Source of the DNA: an uncultured Aeromicrobium sp.
GTDB taxonomy: Bacteria; Actinomycetota; Actinomycetes; Propionibacteriales; Nocardioidaceae
Direction: 5' to 3'
Length of the DNA stretch: 64,000 nucleotides
NCBI GenBank assembly: GCA_964638755.1
Contig: CAZWZC010000001.1
Location: 8,435-72,434 of the forward strand
How positions within the stretch are numbered: the first letter of the stretch is position 1; each line of letters starts with the position of its first letter. The notes beneath the pieces were generated by a model, which saw nothing but the letters and a program-made list of their open reading frames with translations, ran no database searches and was not told the DNA's origin. Positions 1 to 9,456 of the stretch are shown here, in pieces. The position numbers and the translations under genes were made by a program.

Positions 1-423
1 GACCAGCTCGGCGTGCTCGGCGGCGAGGCGGCCGAGGCGCGCGAGCGAGGCAACTCCGCGATCGCGGATCAGCTCGAGCGAGGCGCGAATCTGCAGCTGC
101 TCGACATTCTCGGTGAGGTCGCGCGACGTCATGCCCTTGTGGATGTGCTCGGTGCCCGCCAGCGCCGCGAACTCCTCGATGCGTGCCTTGACGTCGTGGC
201 GAGTGACTTTTTCGCGCTCGGCGATGGACCCGAGGTCGACGTGGTCGATGACCGACTCGTACGCCTCGATGACGCCGTCGGGAGTCTCGACACCGAGGTC
301 CTTCTGCGCGGAGAGCACGGCGATCCACAGTCGGCGTTCGAGGACGATCTTGTGCTCCGGCGACCAGATGCGGGCAAGCTCCTTTGATGCATATCGGTTG
401 GCAAGAACGTTGGGCGTGGTCAC
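1..423 (-). CDS. purB: adenylosuccinate lyase (5' part; gene runs off window start)
   Basis: Manual translation from GTG 423 gives MTTPNVLANRYAS...TRHDVKARIEEF...EHIHKGMTSRDLTENVEQL, the actinobacterial PurB N-terminus. The start overlaps the purD stop (GTGA). Not in the ORF track. Confidence 0.93.
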   Translation of the reverse strand, partial: MTTPNVLANRYASKELARIWSPEHKIVLERRLWIAVLSAQKDLGVETPDGVIEAYESVIDHVDLGSIAEREKVTRHDVKARIEEFAALAGTEHIHKGMTSRDLTENVEQLQIRASLELIRDRGVASLARLGRLAAEHAELV

Positions 424-1676
424 GCTTCAAGTGTCCCATCAGCAGCAGCGCGGGCGATATCCATACGGGCATGTGCGCCGTCGAAGCTGATCTCGGCGAC
501 TCCGGCGTACGCGCGATCGCGGGCTTCGATGAGGTCGCTCCCGATTGCGGTCACCGAGAGCACCCGGCCGCCCGCCGTGACGAGCTGACCGTCGACGAGC
601 GCCGTGCCGGCATGGATGACGTCGACGCCCTCGAGTGCGTCGGCGGCGTCGATGCCGCTGATCGCGTCACCCTTGCGGGGCGCCTCCGGATAACCCTCAG
701 CTGACATCACGACGGTGACCGCCGACTCGTTGCGCCACTGCGGCATGCCGACCTCGCCGAGGACACCGGTCGCGGCGCCGTTCAGCAGAGCCGAAAGTGG
801 CGTGCGGAGAACGGCCAGCAATGCCTGTGTCTCAGGGTCGCCGAAGCGGGCGTTGAACTCGATCACGCGCGTCCCCCTGCTGGTGAGCGCAAGCCCGGCA
901 TAGAGCAGACCCTGGAACGGGGTGCCGCGACGAGCCATCTCCTGCACGGTCGGCACGAGCACCCGGCGGCACACCTCGGCGACCAAGCCGTCGGGAGCCC
1001 AGTCCAACGGTGTGTAGGCGCCCATGCCGCCGGTGTTGGGTCCACCATCTCCGTCGAGTGCTCGCTTGAAGTCCTGCGCCGCCTGCAGCGGCAGGACGGT
1101 CTCACCGTCGGTGATGGCGAACAGGGAGACTTCGGGCCCGTCAAGGTATTCCTCGATGACGACACGTCCGCACGCCGCCGCGTGGTCGAGCGCCGCCTGG
1201 CGATCTTCGGTGACGACGACGCCCTTGCCTGCTGCCAGCGCGTCGTCCTTGACAACGTACGGCGGGCCGAACGCGTCGAGCGCGGCCTCGGCCTGTTCGG
1301 CGGTGTCGCACACGTGTGCCATCGCCGTCGGAACCTCGGCCGCAGCCATGATCTGCTTGGCAAACGCCTTGGAGCCTTCGAGCTGCGCTGCTGCTGCGCT
1401 GGGGCCGAAGCAGGCGATCCCGACCGCGCGAACGGCATCGGCGACACCGGCGACCAGAGGTGCTTCAGGTCCGACGACGACGAGATCGGCGCCGAGCGAC
1501 AGAGCAAGAGCGGCCACCGCATCGCCGTCGAGCTGATCCACGTCGTGGAGCTTCGCGACCGTGGCGATGCCGGGGTTGCCAGGGGCCGCGTGCACCTCGG
1601 TGACGTGCGGATCGCGCGACAGCGCAAGCGCCAGCGCGTGCTCACGGCCGCCCGTACCGATGACCAGTGTCTTCAC
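420..1676 (-). CDS. purD: phosphoribosylamine--glycine ligase
   Basis: GxGGREHAL, APGNPG, LEGSKAFAK, GPNTGGMGAY and EFNARFGDPE motifs. Confidence 0.97.
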   Translation of the reverse strand: MKTLVIGTGGREHALALALSRDPHVTEVHAAPGNPGIATVAKLHDVDQLDGDAVAALALSLGADLVVVGPEAPLVAGVADAVRAVGIACFGPSAAAAQLEGSKAFAKQIMAAAEVPTAMAHVCDTAEQAEAALDAFGPPYVVKDDALAAGKGVVVTEDRQAALDHAAACGRVVIEEYLDGPEVSLFAITDGETVLPLQAAQDFKRALDGDGGPNTGGMGAYTPLDWAPDGLVAEVCRRVLVPTVQEMARRGTPFQGLLYAGLALTSRGTRVIEFNARFGDPETQALLAVLRTPLSALLNGAATGVLGEVGMPQWRNESAVTVVMSAEGYPEAPRKGDAISGIDAADALEGVDVIHAGTALVDGQLVTAGGRVLSVTAIGSDLIEARDRAYAGVAEISFDGAHARMDIARAAADGTLEA

Positions 1677-1688
1677 AGTGATGCCCTC

Positions 1689-2972
1689 TCAGAGCAGGTC
1701 ATGGAGCACGATGGTCTGTTCGCGATCAGGACCAACGCCGATCGTGGAGAACCGGGCACCCGACATCTTCTCAAGCGTCCTGACATAGTCCTGCGCGGCT
1801 TGCGGGAGGTCGGCGAACGTACGCGCCGCTGAGATGTCCTCGGTCCACCCGGGGAAATATTCGTAGATCGGCTTGGCGTGGTGGAAGCCCGTCTGCGTCA
1901 TCGGCATCTCGTCGACCCGCTGCCCATCCACCTCGTACGCGACGCACACCGGGATCTGCTCCCAGCCAGTGAGCACGTCCAGCTTGGTGAGCACGAAGTC
2001 GGTGACGCCGTTGATGCGAGCCGCGTAACGGGCGATCGGTGCGTCATACCAACCGCATCGTCGCGGGCGACCGGTCGTCGTGCCGAACTCGGCGCCGTTC
2101 TGGCGCAACCGCTCGCCATCGTCGTCGAACAGCTCCGTCGGAAAGGGGCCTTCGCCGACGCGGGTCGCATAGGCCTTGATGATCGCGATGACCCGGGTGA
2201 TCTCGGTCGGCGCGATGCCCGATCCGGTGCACGCGCCACCAGTCGTCGCCGATGAGGAGGTCACGAACGGATAGGTGCCGTGGTCGACGTCCAGCAGCGT
2301 TGCCTGTCCGGCCTCGAGCAACACCGTCTTGTTGTCAGCCAACGCCTCGTGCAGCAGCAGCGCGGTGTCGGCAACCATCGGTCGGAGCCGGTCGACGTAC
2401 GACAACAATTCCTCGACGATCTCATCGACACTGGCGGCGCGTCGGTTGTAGACCTTGGTGAGGATCTGGTTCTTGAGCTCGAGCGCGCCCTCGACCTTCT
2501 GCCGCAGGATCTTCTCGTCGAACAGGTCCTGGATGCGGATGCCGAGGCGGTTCATCTTGTCGGCGTATGTCGGGCCGATGCCGCGGCCCGTCGTACCGAT
2601 CTTGCGGCTGCCTAGGAAGCGTTCGTTGACCTTGTCGAGCGTGCGGTTGTAGTCGGCGATCACGTGCGCGTTGGCGCTGACGACCAGCTGGGAGGTGTCG
2701 ATCCCGCGCTCCTCAAGACCGTCGATCTCGTGGAAGAGAACCTCGAGGTCGACGACCACGCCATTGCCGATCACGGGCACGCAACCGGGACTGAGGATGC
2801 CGGACGGCAGGAGGTGGAGCGCGTACTTCTGGTCACCGATGACGACGGTGTGCCCGGCGTTGTTGCCGCCGTTGAACTTCACGACGTAGTCGACGCGGCT
2901 ACCGAGCAGATCAGTGGCCTTGCCTTTGCCCTCGTCACCCCACTGGGCTCCGACGATCACAACAGCAGGCAT
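1689..2972 (-). CDS. purA: adenylosuccinate synthetase
   Basis: [19 protein letters not shown] and [12 protein letters not shown] motifs. Start moved to MPAVV (2972). Confidence 0.97.
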   Translation of the reverse strand: MPAVVIVGAQWGDEGKGKATDLLGSRVDYVVKFNGGNNAGHTVVIGDQKYALHLLPSGILSPGCVPVIGNGVVVDLEVLFHEIDGLEERGIDTSQLVVSANAHVIADYNRTLDKVNERFLGSRKIGTTGRGIGPTYADKMNRLGIRIQDLFDEKILRQKVEGALELKNQILTKVYNRRAASVDEIVEELLSYVDRLRPMVADTALLLHEALADNKTVLLEAGQATLLDVDHGTYPFVTSSSATTGGACTGSGIAPTEITRVIAIIKAYATRVGEGPFPTELFDDDGERLRQNGAEFGTTTGRPRRCGWYDAPIARYAARINGVTDFVLTKLDVLTGWEQIPVCVAYEVDGQRVDEMPMTQTGFHHAKPIYEYFPGWTEDISAARTFADLPQAAQDYVRTLEKMSGARFSTIGVGPDREQTIVLHDLL

Positions 2973-3048
2973 GGGATGCACCACCCTCACATGCGACAAG
3001 CCCCGGTCTTAGGGGGCTCTTACCGGCGCAGTCTATCCGATTGCGACG

Positions 3049-3582
3049 TCAGCTGGACTGGCGCGCACGGTACGCGGCGACTGCGCCGCGATTGCCGCAC
3101 GCGGTGCTGCAGAACCGTCGTGACCGGTTGCGTGACAGGTCGAGAACGATGCCCTCGCAGTCATCCGCGGCGCAGATGCCAAAGCGTGAGAGCTCGTCGG
3201 CTCGGACCGCATCGATCATCGCCATGGCTGTCTCAACGACGATCCGTGTGTGCAACGGCTGATCATCTGCGGTTGCGTGCAGATGCCAGTCGGTGTCGCC
3301 GTGCCGTACGAGGCGGGGCACCGCTCGTGCATCGGCGAGTATTCCGTTGACGATCTCAACCACGTCGTCGCGCGTGCCGGTCAGCAGAGCCCGCAACTGG
3401 GGGCGAAGCGTCTGGACGGCGTTGAGCTCTGCCTCGTCACCCACGAGTGTGCCGGTGTAGCCGTGCTTGTCGACGAACGCAGTCAGTTCATCGGTGGAGT
3501 TCAGCGTCTCCGGTGGTTGGGCGGAGTTGGCCAGCTCGACCGCTGACAGCAACGCCGCCTCGGTGTCATGGGTGAACGCCAT
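3049..3582 (-). CDS. CGNR zinc finger / ABATE domain protein
   Basis: C-terminal CAADDC...DLSRNRSRRFCSTACGNR motif. Confidence 0.88.
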   Translation of the reverse strand: MAFTHDTEAALLSAVELANSAQPPETLNSTDELTAFVDKHGYTGTLVGDEAELNAVQTLRPQLRALLTGTRDDVVEIVNGILADARAVPRLVRHGDTDWHLHATADDQPLHTRIVVETAMAMIDAVRADELSRFGICAADDCEGIVLDLSRNRSRRFCSTACGNRGAVAAYRARQSS

Positions 3583-3583
3583 G

Positions 3584-3613
3584 TTGACACCTTACATTGT
3601 CTACTCGTAGTGT
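3584..3613 (+). promoter_or_regulatory. putative sigma70-type promoter for the EamA gene
   Basis: TTGACA (3584-3589), 18-nt spacer, TAGTGT (3608-3613), 8 nt upstream of ATG 3622. Confidence 0.5.
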
Positions 3614-3621
3614 CATGTGCC

Positions 3622-4578
3622 ATGGCAGCGTTGACTCATGACATCGCGGCGGTCCCCGCATCGCGGCTGCGCTCCGGACTCACGCTGGCGGTGCTGTCAG
3701 CGATGTCGTTTGCACTGTCCGGCCCGCTGGCCAAAGGTCTCATCATCTCGGGATGGACTGCTGGAGCCGCGGTGACCGCACGGGTACTGATCGCAGCAAC
3801 CGTGCTCCTGCTGCCCGCAGCGATCTCACTGCGCGGTCGTTGGGGCCTGTTGCGCCAGAACGTCGGGCTGCTCATCGCCTATGGCGTCATCGCCGTGGCC
3901 GGATGCCAACTGGCGTACTTCAACGCCGTCGACCGCATGGAGGTCGGCGTTGCGATCCTCATCGAGTTCACCTCACCTGTCGCGGTGATCGGCTGGCTGT
4001 GGCTCCGGCACGCGCAGCGGCCAACCCGTCTGACAGTCACTGGTGCACTCACCGCACTGGCCGGGCTGGTGCTGGTCCTGGACCTCATCTCCGGTGCCGA
4101 TGCCGACGCGCTCGGAGTGATGTGGGCTCTGCTCGCGATGGCCGGAGCAGCGTTCTACTGGATTATCTCCGCCGACGAGGACAACGGCCTGCCCGGACTG
4201 GTCCTCGCGGCAGGGGGGCTGGTGGTGGGCGGCGTAGTCCTGCTCCTTGCGGGTCTGCTCGGCATCGTTCCCCTTGCGACGAGTCGCACCGACGTCATCC
4301 TTGCGAACACCGCGCTCGCCTGGTGGGTCCCGATCCTCGGGCTGGGCGTGGTCACCGCTGCGCTGGCGTACGTCCTCGGAATCGCTGCCACCAGACGCCT
4401 GGGCTCACGCCTCGCGGCGTTCGTAGGGCTCGGCGAGGCAGTCGCCAGCGTCGTACTCGCCTGGCTACTGCTCGACGAGGCGCCGCGCGCGATCCAGCTG
4501 CTGGGCGGTGTACTGATCCTGTTGGGCGTCGTCTTCGTCAAGCTTGGCGAACCCAGGCAAGCACCACTGCCTGTCTAG
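3622..4578 (+). CDS. EamA/DMT family transporter
   Basis: About 10 hydrophobic segments in two repeats; divergent from the CGNR regulator. Start estimated at MAALTH. Confidence 0.85.
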   Translation: MAALTHDIAAVPASRLRSGLTLAVLSAMSFALSGPLAKGLIISGWTAGAAVTARVLIAATVLLLPAAISLRGRWGLLRQNVGLLIAYGVIAVAGCQLAYFNAVDRMEVGVAILIEFTSPVAVIGWLWLRHAQRPTRLTVTGALTALAGLVLVLDLISGADADALGVMWALLAMAGAAFYWIISADEDNGLPGLVLAAGGLVVGGVVLLLAGLLGIVPLATSRTDVILANTALAWWVPILGLGVVTAALAYVLGIAATRRLGSRLAAFVGLGEAVASVVLAWLLLDEAPRAIQLLGGVLILLGVVFVKLGEPRQAPLPV

Positions 4579-4590
4579 GCTGGCCGTGTC

Positions 4591-5475
4591 ATGGAGTCCC
4601 TGCTCGCGATCGCCAACGCCTCGGCCGGTTCAACTGACGACGCGTCAGTCGAGCTCGCGTTGGCGATCCTGCGCAAGGGATACGAGGTCGGGGTCGCCAT
4701 CACTTCGACGCCTGATGAGCTCGACGAGGCACTGGCTGGGCACCCGGATGTCGATGGTGTCGTGGTGCTCGGCGGGGACGGGAGCCTGCACGCGGTCGTC
4801 GCGGCGCTCCGCAAGGCGGACAGGCTCGACGGGGTCATCGTGGGGCTCATACCGCTCGGCACCGGCAACGACTTCGCGGCCGCACTTGGACTTCCCGACG
4901 ACCCAGCGCTGGCGGCCGACCTCATCGGGGGTGAGCCCGAAGCAATCGATCTGATCATCGACGGCTCGGACCACGTTGTCGTCAACGTCGCGCACATCGG
5001 CATCGGGGCCGAGGCCGCGATCGCGGCAAAGCCGCTCAAGAAGTTCCTCGGACCACTTGGTTATGTCGCCGGAGCGCTGATCGCCAGCGTCAAGGGCATC
5101 GCGACCCCCGGCGCAAAGCTGACGGTCACCGTCGACGGCTATCCGCTCCGCCCTCGCGGCTCAGTGATCCAGCTGGCAGTTGGCAATGGACGATTCGTCG
5201 GCGGTGGCGCTGCGCTGCTGCCCGAAGCCGATCCGTCGGACGGCCGACTCGACCTGATGGTCACCTACGCAGGGCGACGGCACCGGCGCTTCGTCTACGC
5301 GTGGAAACTCAGCAAGGGGGTGCATCACGAGCACGTCGACGTGATCTATCGCCAGGGCACACGCGTCGCGGTCCAAGGCGATCCGCTCCCCTGCACCAGC
5401 GACGGCGAGCTCACCGAGGCAGCGCCAGTGCACTCCTGGCGGATCGAGCCCGGGGTCCTGCAGATGTGGCGCTAG
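4591..5475 (+). CDS. diacylglycerol kinase family lipid kinase
   Basis: GGDGSL, PLGTGNDFA and GNGRFVGGG motifs. Confidence 0.88.
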   Translation: MESLLAIANASAGSTDDASVELALAILRKGYEVGVAITSTPDELDEALAGHPDVDGVVVLGGDGSLHAVVAALRKADRLDGVIVGLIPLGTGNDFAAALGLPDDPALAADLIGGEPEAIDLIIDGSDHVVVNVAHIGIGAEAAIAAKPLKKFLGPLGYVAGALIASVKGIATPGAKLTVTVDGYPLRPRGSVIQLAVGNGRFVGGGAALLPEADPSDGRLDLMVTYAGRRHRRFVYAWKLSKGVHHEHVDVIYRQGTRVAVQGDPLPCTSDGELTEAAPVHSWRIEPGVLQMWR

Positions 5476-5885
5476 CTTTTCGGGACGACCAGCTCTTCGT
5501 ACGCCTCTTTGCTCGACTCGTGCATGAACTCGCGACAGCGTTGAGCCTCGCCAGCGTCGCCGAACCTCTCCGACGCGTCGGCCAGTGCAGCGAGAGCTCG
5601 AAGGAACGGGCGGTTGGGCTCGTGCGACCACGGCAACGGGCCGTGGCCCTTCCAACCGTTGCGGCGGAGCAGGTCGAGCGAGCGGTGGTAGCCCGTACGT
5701 GCGAACGCGTAGCCCTCGAGGTCGAGGCCGTCGGCGAGGGCCAGCTCGGCCAGCGTGACCCAGGCCTGTGCCGAATCCGGATGCAGCGCGGCCACATTCT
5801 TCGGGTCGTCGCCCGCCGCAAGCGAGTCCGCGCCCGGGTCCTCAGGGAGCAGGGTCTCGGGCGGTTCACCGAACAGGTTCGTCAT
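5472..5885 (-). CDS. DUF3151 family protein
   Basis: AYAFARTGYHRSLDLLRRNGWKGHGPLPWSHEPNRPFLR is the typical family signature. The longer ORF start reads through the inverted repeat and is an artefact. Confidence 0.85.
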   Translation of the reverse strand: MTNLFGEPPETLLPEDPGADSLAAGDDPKNVAALHPDSAQAWVTLAELALADGLDLEGYAFARTGYHRSLDLLRRNGWKGHGPLPWSHEPNRPFLRALAALADASERFGDAGEAQRCREFMHESSKEAYEELVVPKS

Positions 5886-5903
5886 GCGCCCATCCTCGCA
5901 CCC

Positions 5904-5982
5904 GTCCCAAGATTCCCAGCAGGTCCCCGGAAGCTGGCACCTCACCACTGTTGCAACGTGGCAGGAGTGTCAGTTCCCTGTC
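5904..5982 (+). repeat. left 79-bp inverted repeat
   Basis: 69/79 identical to the reverse complement of 7048-7126; the outer 55 bp match at 52/55. Confidence 0.95.
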
Positions 5983-6080
5983 CGCACAGGGGTTGTCCAC
6001 GGGCGCGGTTAAGGTTGGGATGATCCACAGCGCGTCAGGGCGGGCCAACAAACCCCTCGCGGTCGACCGACCATGTCGGC

Positions 6081-7049
6081 ATGGACCACAACCTCATCAC
6101 CCTCGCCGCGACGCGCGGATTCATCACTCGGCCAGAGATCCTCGACAGCGGCTACGACGATCGCGACATACGCGAAGCAAGGTCCATCGGACTGCTGACA
6201 CGCATCGGCGCAGGGCTCTACGCGCTCACCACCACATACGCACCGCTCACGCCGGAGGAAAAGCATTTGATCAAGTGCCGGGCCGTCGCTCAGCGACTCG
6301 GTGACGGCGTCGTGCTGACGCACCAGTCGGCCGCGCTCTTGCACGGCATGCCAGTGTGGGGGCTTGCCCTGGACGAGGTCCAGCTCACCCGCCGCGATGG
6401 CAAGCGCGGACGCCACGAAGCTGGCGTACACCATCACATTGGCCGCATCAACGACTCGCAGATCGTTGAGATCGACGGTGTTCTTGCGGCGCCACCGGCA
6501 CGTGCTGTGTGGGAGGTTGCGTGCGCCGGATCGTCCGAGGCCGGTCTCGTCACCGTGGACGGCGCCCTCCACACCGAGATCGTGAGTCATGACTCGCTTC
6601 GTGAAGTCGCCCAACACTTCGCACACTGGCAGGGCTCGCGATCGGCACGCCTCGCACTCAGCCTCGCGGACGGGCGCTCGGAATCCCCGGGCGAGTCACG
6701 CGCGCGACATCTGTTCTGGCGATTCAACGTCCCTGGTCCCGACCTGCAGTTCCGAGTCGTCGGCAGAGACGGCCGCATCATCGCGCGTACCGACTTTGCG
6801 TGGGAGTTCTATCGTCACCTGGCGGAGTTTGACGGGCGGATCAAGTACGACGGTACTTTCGGGGATCCGGGCTTTGCCACCGTCTTCGACGAGAAGAACC
6901 GCGAAGACCTCATACGCGCCGAGATGTGGGGACTGAGCCGGCTGATCTGGGCCCACCTGGACGCCAGAGTCGCGGCAGCAAGCGCGAATCGACTTAAGGC
7001 TGCACTCGAACGATCACGGTCAACGTACGGGCGAACGATCATCGCCTGA
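6081..7049 (+). CDS. AbiEi-antitoxin-type wHTH protein with a C-terminal Vsr/DUF559-like nuclease fold
   Basis: N-terminal GFITR...L.RIGAGLY, THQSAALLHG, SESPGES, and RTDFAW...EFDGRIKY...EKNRED...RLIW motifs of this widespread actinobacterial family. Confidence 0.75.
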   Translation: MDHNLITLAATRGFITRPEILDSGYDDRDIREARSIGLLTRIGAGLYALTTTYAPLTPEEKHLIKCRAVAQRLGDGVVLTHQSAALLHGMPVWGLALDEVQLTRRDGKRGRHEAGVHHHIGRINDSQIVEIDGVLAAPPARAVWEVACAGSSEAGLVTVDGALHTEIVSHDSLREVAQHFAHWQGSRSARLALSLADGRSESPGESRARHLFWRFNVPGPDLQFRVVGRDGRIIARTDFAWEFYRHLAEFDGRIKYDGTFGDPGFATVFDEKNREDLIRAEMWGLSRLIWAHLDARVAAASANRLKAALERSRSTYGRTIIA

Positions 7050-7126
7050 CAGAAAACTGGCACGCCACCCTCGTTGCAACAGTGGTGAGGTGCCGGTTTC
7101 CAGGGACCTGCTGGGAATCTTGGGAC
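7048..7126 (-). repeat. right 79-bp inverted repeat
   Basis: Reverse complement of 5904-5982 with 10 mismatches. It overlaps the cargo stop codon and is flush with the fbaA TGA at 7127-7129. Confidence 0.95.
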
Positions 7127-8146
7127 TCAGAGCTTGGTGCCGGCGGAGCGCAGGTTTTCGCAGGCCTCGGCGACGCGCGCAGCCATGCCAGCCTCGGCAG
7201 CCTTGCCCCACGCGCGCGGGTCATAGAGCTTCTTGTTGCCGACTTCACCATCGACCTTGAGCACACCGTCGTAGTTGGTGAACATGTGCGCCACGACCGG
7301 GCGGGTGAACGCATACTGCGTGTCAGTGTCGACGTTCATCTTGATGACGCCGTAGTCCACCGCAGCCGAGATCTCTTCGGCCGTCGAGCCCGAGCCGCCG
7401 TGGAACACCAGGTCGAACGGCTTGTCGACGCCATACTTCTTGCCGACGACTTCCTGGGCCGCCTTGAGAATCTCCGGGCGGAGCTTGACGTTGCCAGGCT
7501 TGTAGGCCCCATGCACGTTGCCAAAGGTGAGCGCCGTCATGTAGCGACCGTTCTCCCCGAGGCCCAGCGCCTCAGCGGTTGCGAGGGCGTCCTCGGGCGT
7601 CGTGTAGAGCGTCTCATCGATGGCGCCAGAGACACCGTCCTCCTCGCCGCCCACGGCACCGATCTCAACTTCGAGGATGATGTGCGCAGCGGTCGCCTTG
7701 GCCAGGAGCTCCTGGGCGATCTCGAGGTTTTCAGCCATCTCGATCGCCGAGCCGTCCCACATGTGTGACTGGAAGTACGGCAGCCCGCCCGACTTCACCC
7801 GCTCGGTGGAGAGCTCGAGCAACGGCCTTACGAATCCGTCGAGCTTGTCCTTGGGGCAGTGGTCGGTGTGCAGTGCAATGTTGATCGGATAGTTGGCTGC
7901 GACCTCTTCGGCAAACTTCGCAAAGGCGATCGAACCGGTGACCATGTTCTTGATCGTCGGGCCGGAGATGTACTCGGCGCCACCGGTGGAGACCTGGACG
8001 ATCCCGTCGCTGCCGGCCTCGGTGAATCCCTGGAGCGCGGCGTGCAGCGTCTGCGACGACGAGACGTTGATGGCGGGGTACGCGAACGACTCGCGCTTGG
8101 CCTTGTCCAGCATCTCGGCGTAGATCTCGGGGGTCGCGACGGGCAT
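7127..8146 (-). CDS. fbaA: class II fructose-bisphosphate aldolase
   Basis: ALHTDHC, HMWDGS, GNVHGAY, FHGGSG and KMNVDTD motifs. Confidence 0.96.
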   Translation of the reverse strand: MPVATPEIYAEMLDKAKRESFAYPAINVSSSQTLHAALQGFTEAGSDGIVQVSTGGAEYISGPTIKNMVTGSIAFAKFAEEVAANYPINIALHTDHCPKDKLDGFVRPLLELSTERVKSGGLPYFQSHMWDGSAIEMAENLEIAQELLAKATAAHIILEVEIGAVGGEEDGVSGAIDETLYTTPEDALATAEALGLGENGRYMTALTFGNVHGAYKPGNVKLRPEILKAAQEVVGKKYGVDKPFDLVFHGGSGSTAEEISAAVDYGVIKMNVDTDTQYAFTRPVVAHMFTNYDGVLKVDGEVGNKKLYDPRAWGKAAEAGMAARVAEACENLRSAGTKL

Positions 8147-8203
8147 TCGTACTCCTGGTGAATGGCGGTTGAGTCACCAGTATCCCAGTCGCCGGTTCAG
8201 GGT

Positions 8204-8812
8204 CTAGACCGCGTGCGTGCGGATCCAGGCATGCATCGCAATCGCGGCGGCCGCGCCGGCGTTGATGGAGCGGGTTGAGCCGAACTGGGCGATCGACAAC
8301 GTACGTTCGCACGCGCTGCGGGCCTCGTCGCTCAGACCCGGACCCTCCTGCCCGAACACCAGCACGCATGCACGCGGCAGCTCCGTCGTCTCGATCGGCT
8401 CGGAGTCGTCGACGTTGTCGATGCCGATCACCGAGAGCCCCGCGTCGCCGGCCCAGGAGCTGAACGCCTCGACGCTGTCGTGATGACGTACGTGCTGATA
8501 TCGATCTGTCACCATCGCACCGCGTCGGTTCCAACGCTTCTTGCCGATGATGTGCACCTCTGCGGCGGCAAACGCATTGGCCGTGCGCACGATCGAGCCG
8601 ATGTTGAAGTCGTGCTGCCAGTTCTCGATCGCGACATGGAATGGGTGTCGGTGCAGGTCGAGGTCGGCGATGATCGCGTCGAGGTTCCAGTAGCGATAGC
8701 GGTCGACGACGTTGCGTCGATCGCCTTCGCGCAGCAGTTCCGCGTCGTAGTGATCGTCGACGGGCCATTCGCCCTGCCACGGTCCGACACCCGGCTGGTC
8801 GGACTCCGTCAC
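8204..8812 (-). CDS. TrmH/SpoU family RNA methyltransferase
   Basis: [21 protein letters not shown] and RSINAGAA motifs. Confidence 0.9.
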   Translation of the reverse strand: MTESDQPGVGPWQGEWPVDDHYDAELLREGDRRNVVDRYRYWNLDAIIADLDLHRHPFHVAIENWQHDFNIGSIVRTANAFAAAEVHIIGKKRWNRRGAMVTDRYQHVRHHDSVEAFSSWAGDAGLSVIGIDNVDDSEPIETTELPRACVLVFGQEGPGLSDEARSACERTLSIAQFGSTRSINAGAAAAIAMHAWIRTHAV

Positions 8813-9453
8813 GCGACGCCGTACTCGTCGCGGTAGGCACGGATCGAGTCGAGGTGCTCGCCGTACCGGCCGGTCTCCTCGACGTACTCGGCGATCTGGC
8901 CCAGGCTGACGATCGCTGTGACGGTCACGCCGAAGTCGCGTTCGATCTCCTGGATCGCTGACAGGTCGCCCGTGCCGCGCTCCTGCCGATCGACGGCTAC
9001 GACGATCCCGGCGACCCGCGCACCGGCTGTGCCCACGAGCTCCATGACCTCTCGGATCGCGGTGCCGGCGGTGATGACGTCGTCGACCAGCAGCACCCGG
9101 CCCTCAAGCGGCGAACCGACGACCAGGCCCCCCTCGCCGTGATCCTTCGCTTCCTTGCGGTTGAAGCACCACGGCACATCACGCCCGTGCTGCAACGCAA
9201 GTTGCACAGCCGCGGCGGACGCAATCGGGATGCCCTTGTATGCGGGACCGAGCAGCAGATCGAACTCGATGCCGCTGTCGACGATGGCCGCCGCATAGAA
9301 ACGACCGAGCTCGGCAAGCCGCTCGCCGGTGTTGAAAAGCCCCGCATTGAAAAAGTACGGGGAGGCGCGCCCCGACTTCAAGGTGAACTCGCCGAACTGC
9401 AGCACATCATGCTCAATGGAGAACTCGATGAACTCGCGCTGGTAGTCGCGCAT
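8809..9453 (-). CDS. pyrE: orotate phosphoribosyltransferase (long, E. coli-like form)
   Basis: [38 protein letters not shown] and [10 protein letters not shown] motifs. Confidence 0.96.
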   Translation of the reverse strand: MRDYQREFIEFSIEHDVLQFGEFTLKSGRASPYFFNAGLFNTGERLAELGRFYAAAIVDSGIEFDLLLGPAYKGIPIASAAAVQLALQHGRDVPWCFNRKEAKDHGEGGLVVGSPLEGRVLLVDDVITAGTAIREVMELVGTAGARVAGIVVAVDRQERGTGDLSAIQEIERDFGVTVTAIVSLGQIAEYVEETGRYGEHLDSIRAYRDEYGVA

Positions 9454-9456
9454 ACT

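Larger units (their letters stand above)
5904..7126 (+). mobile_element. putative inverted-repeat-bounded single-gene element (AbiEi/Vsr-like nuclease cargo, no transposase)
   Basis: 79-bp inverted repeats at both ends enclose one gene. The right end abuts the fbaA stop. No target-site duplication is visible. Confidence 0.6.

Noticed and set aside
5886-5948. N-terminal extension MVRCQLPGTCWESWD of DUF3151, and the similar ORF start at 7082
   Set aside because: Both are translations of the inverted repeat, not protein sequence.
5904-7126. Classical IS element interpretation
   Set aside because: No transposase motifs and no target-site duplication, so it is kept only as an unclassified putative element.
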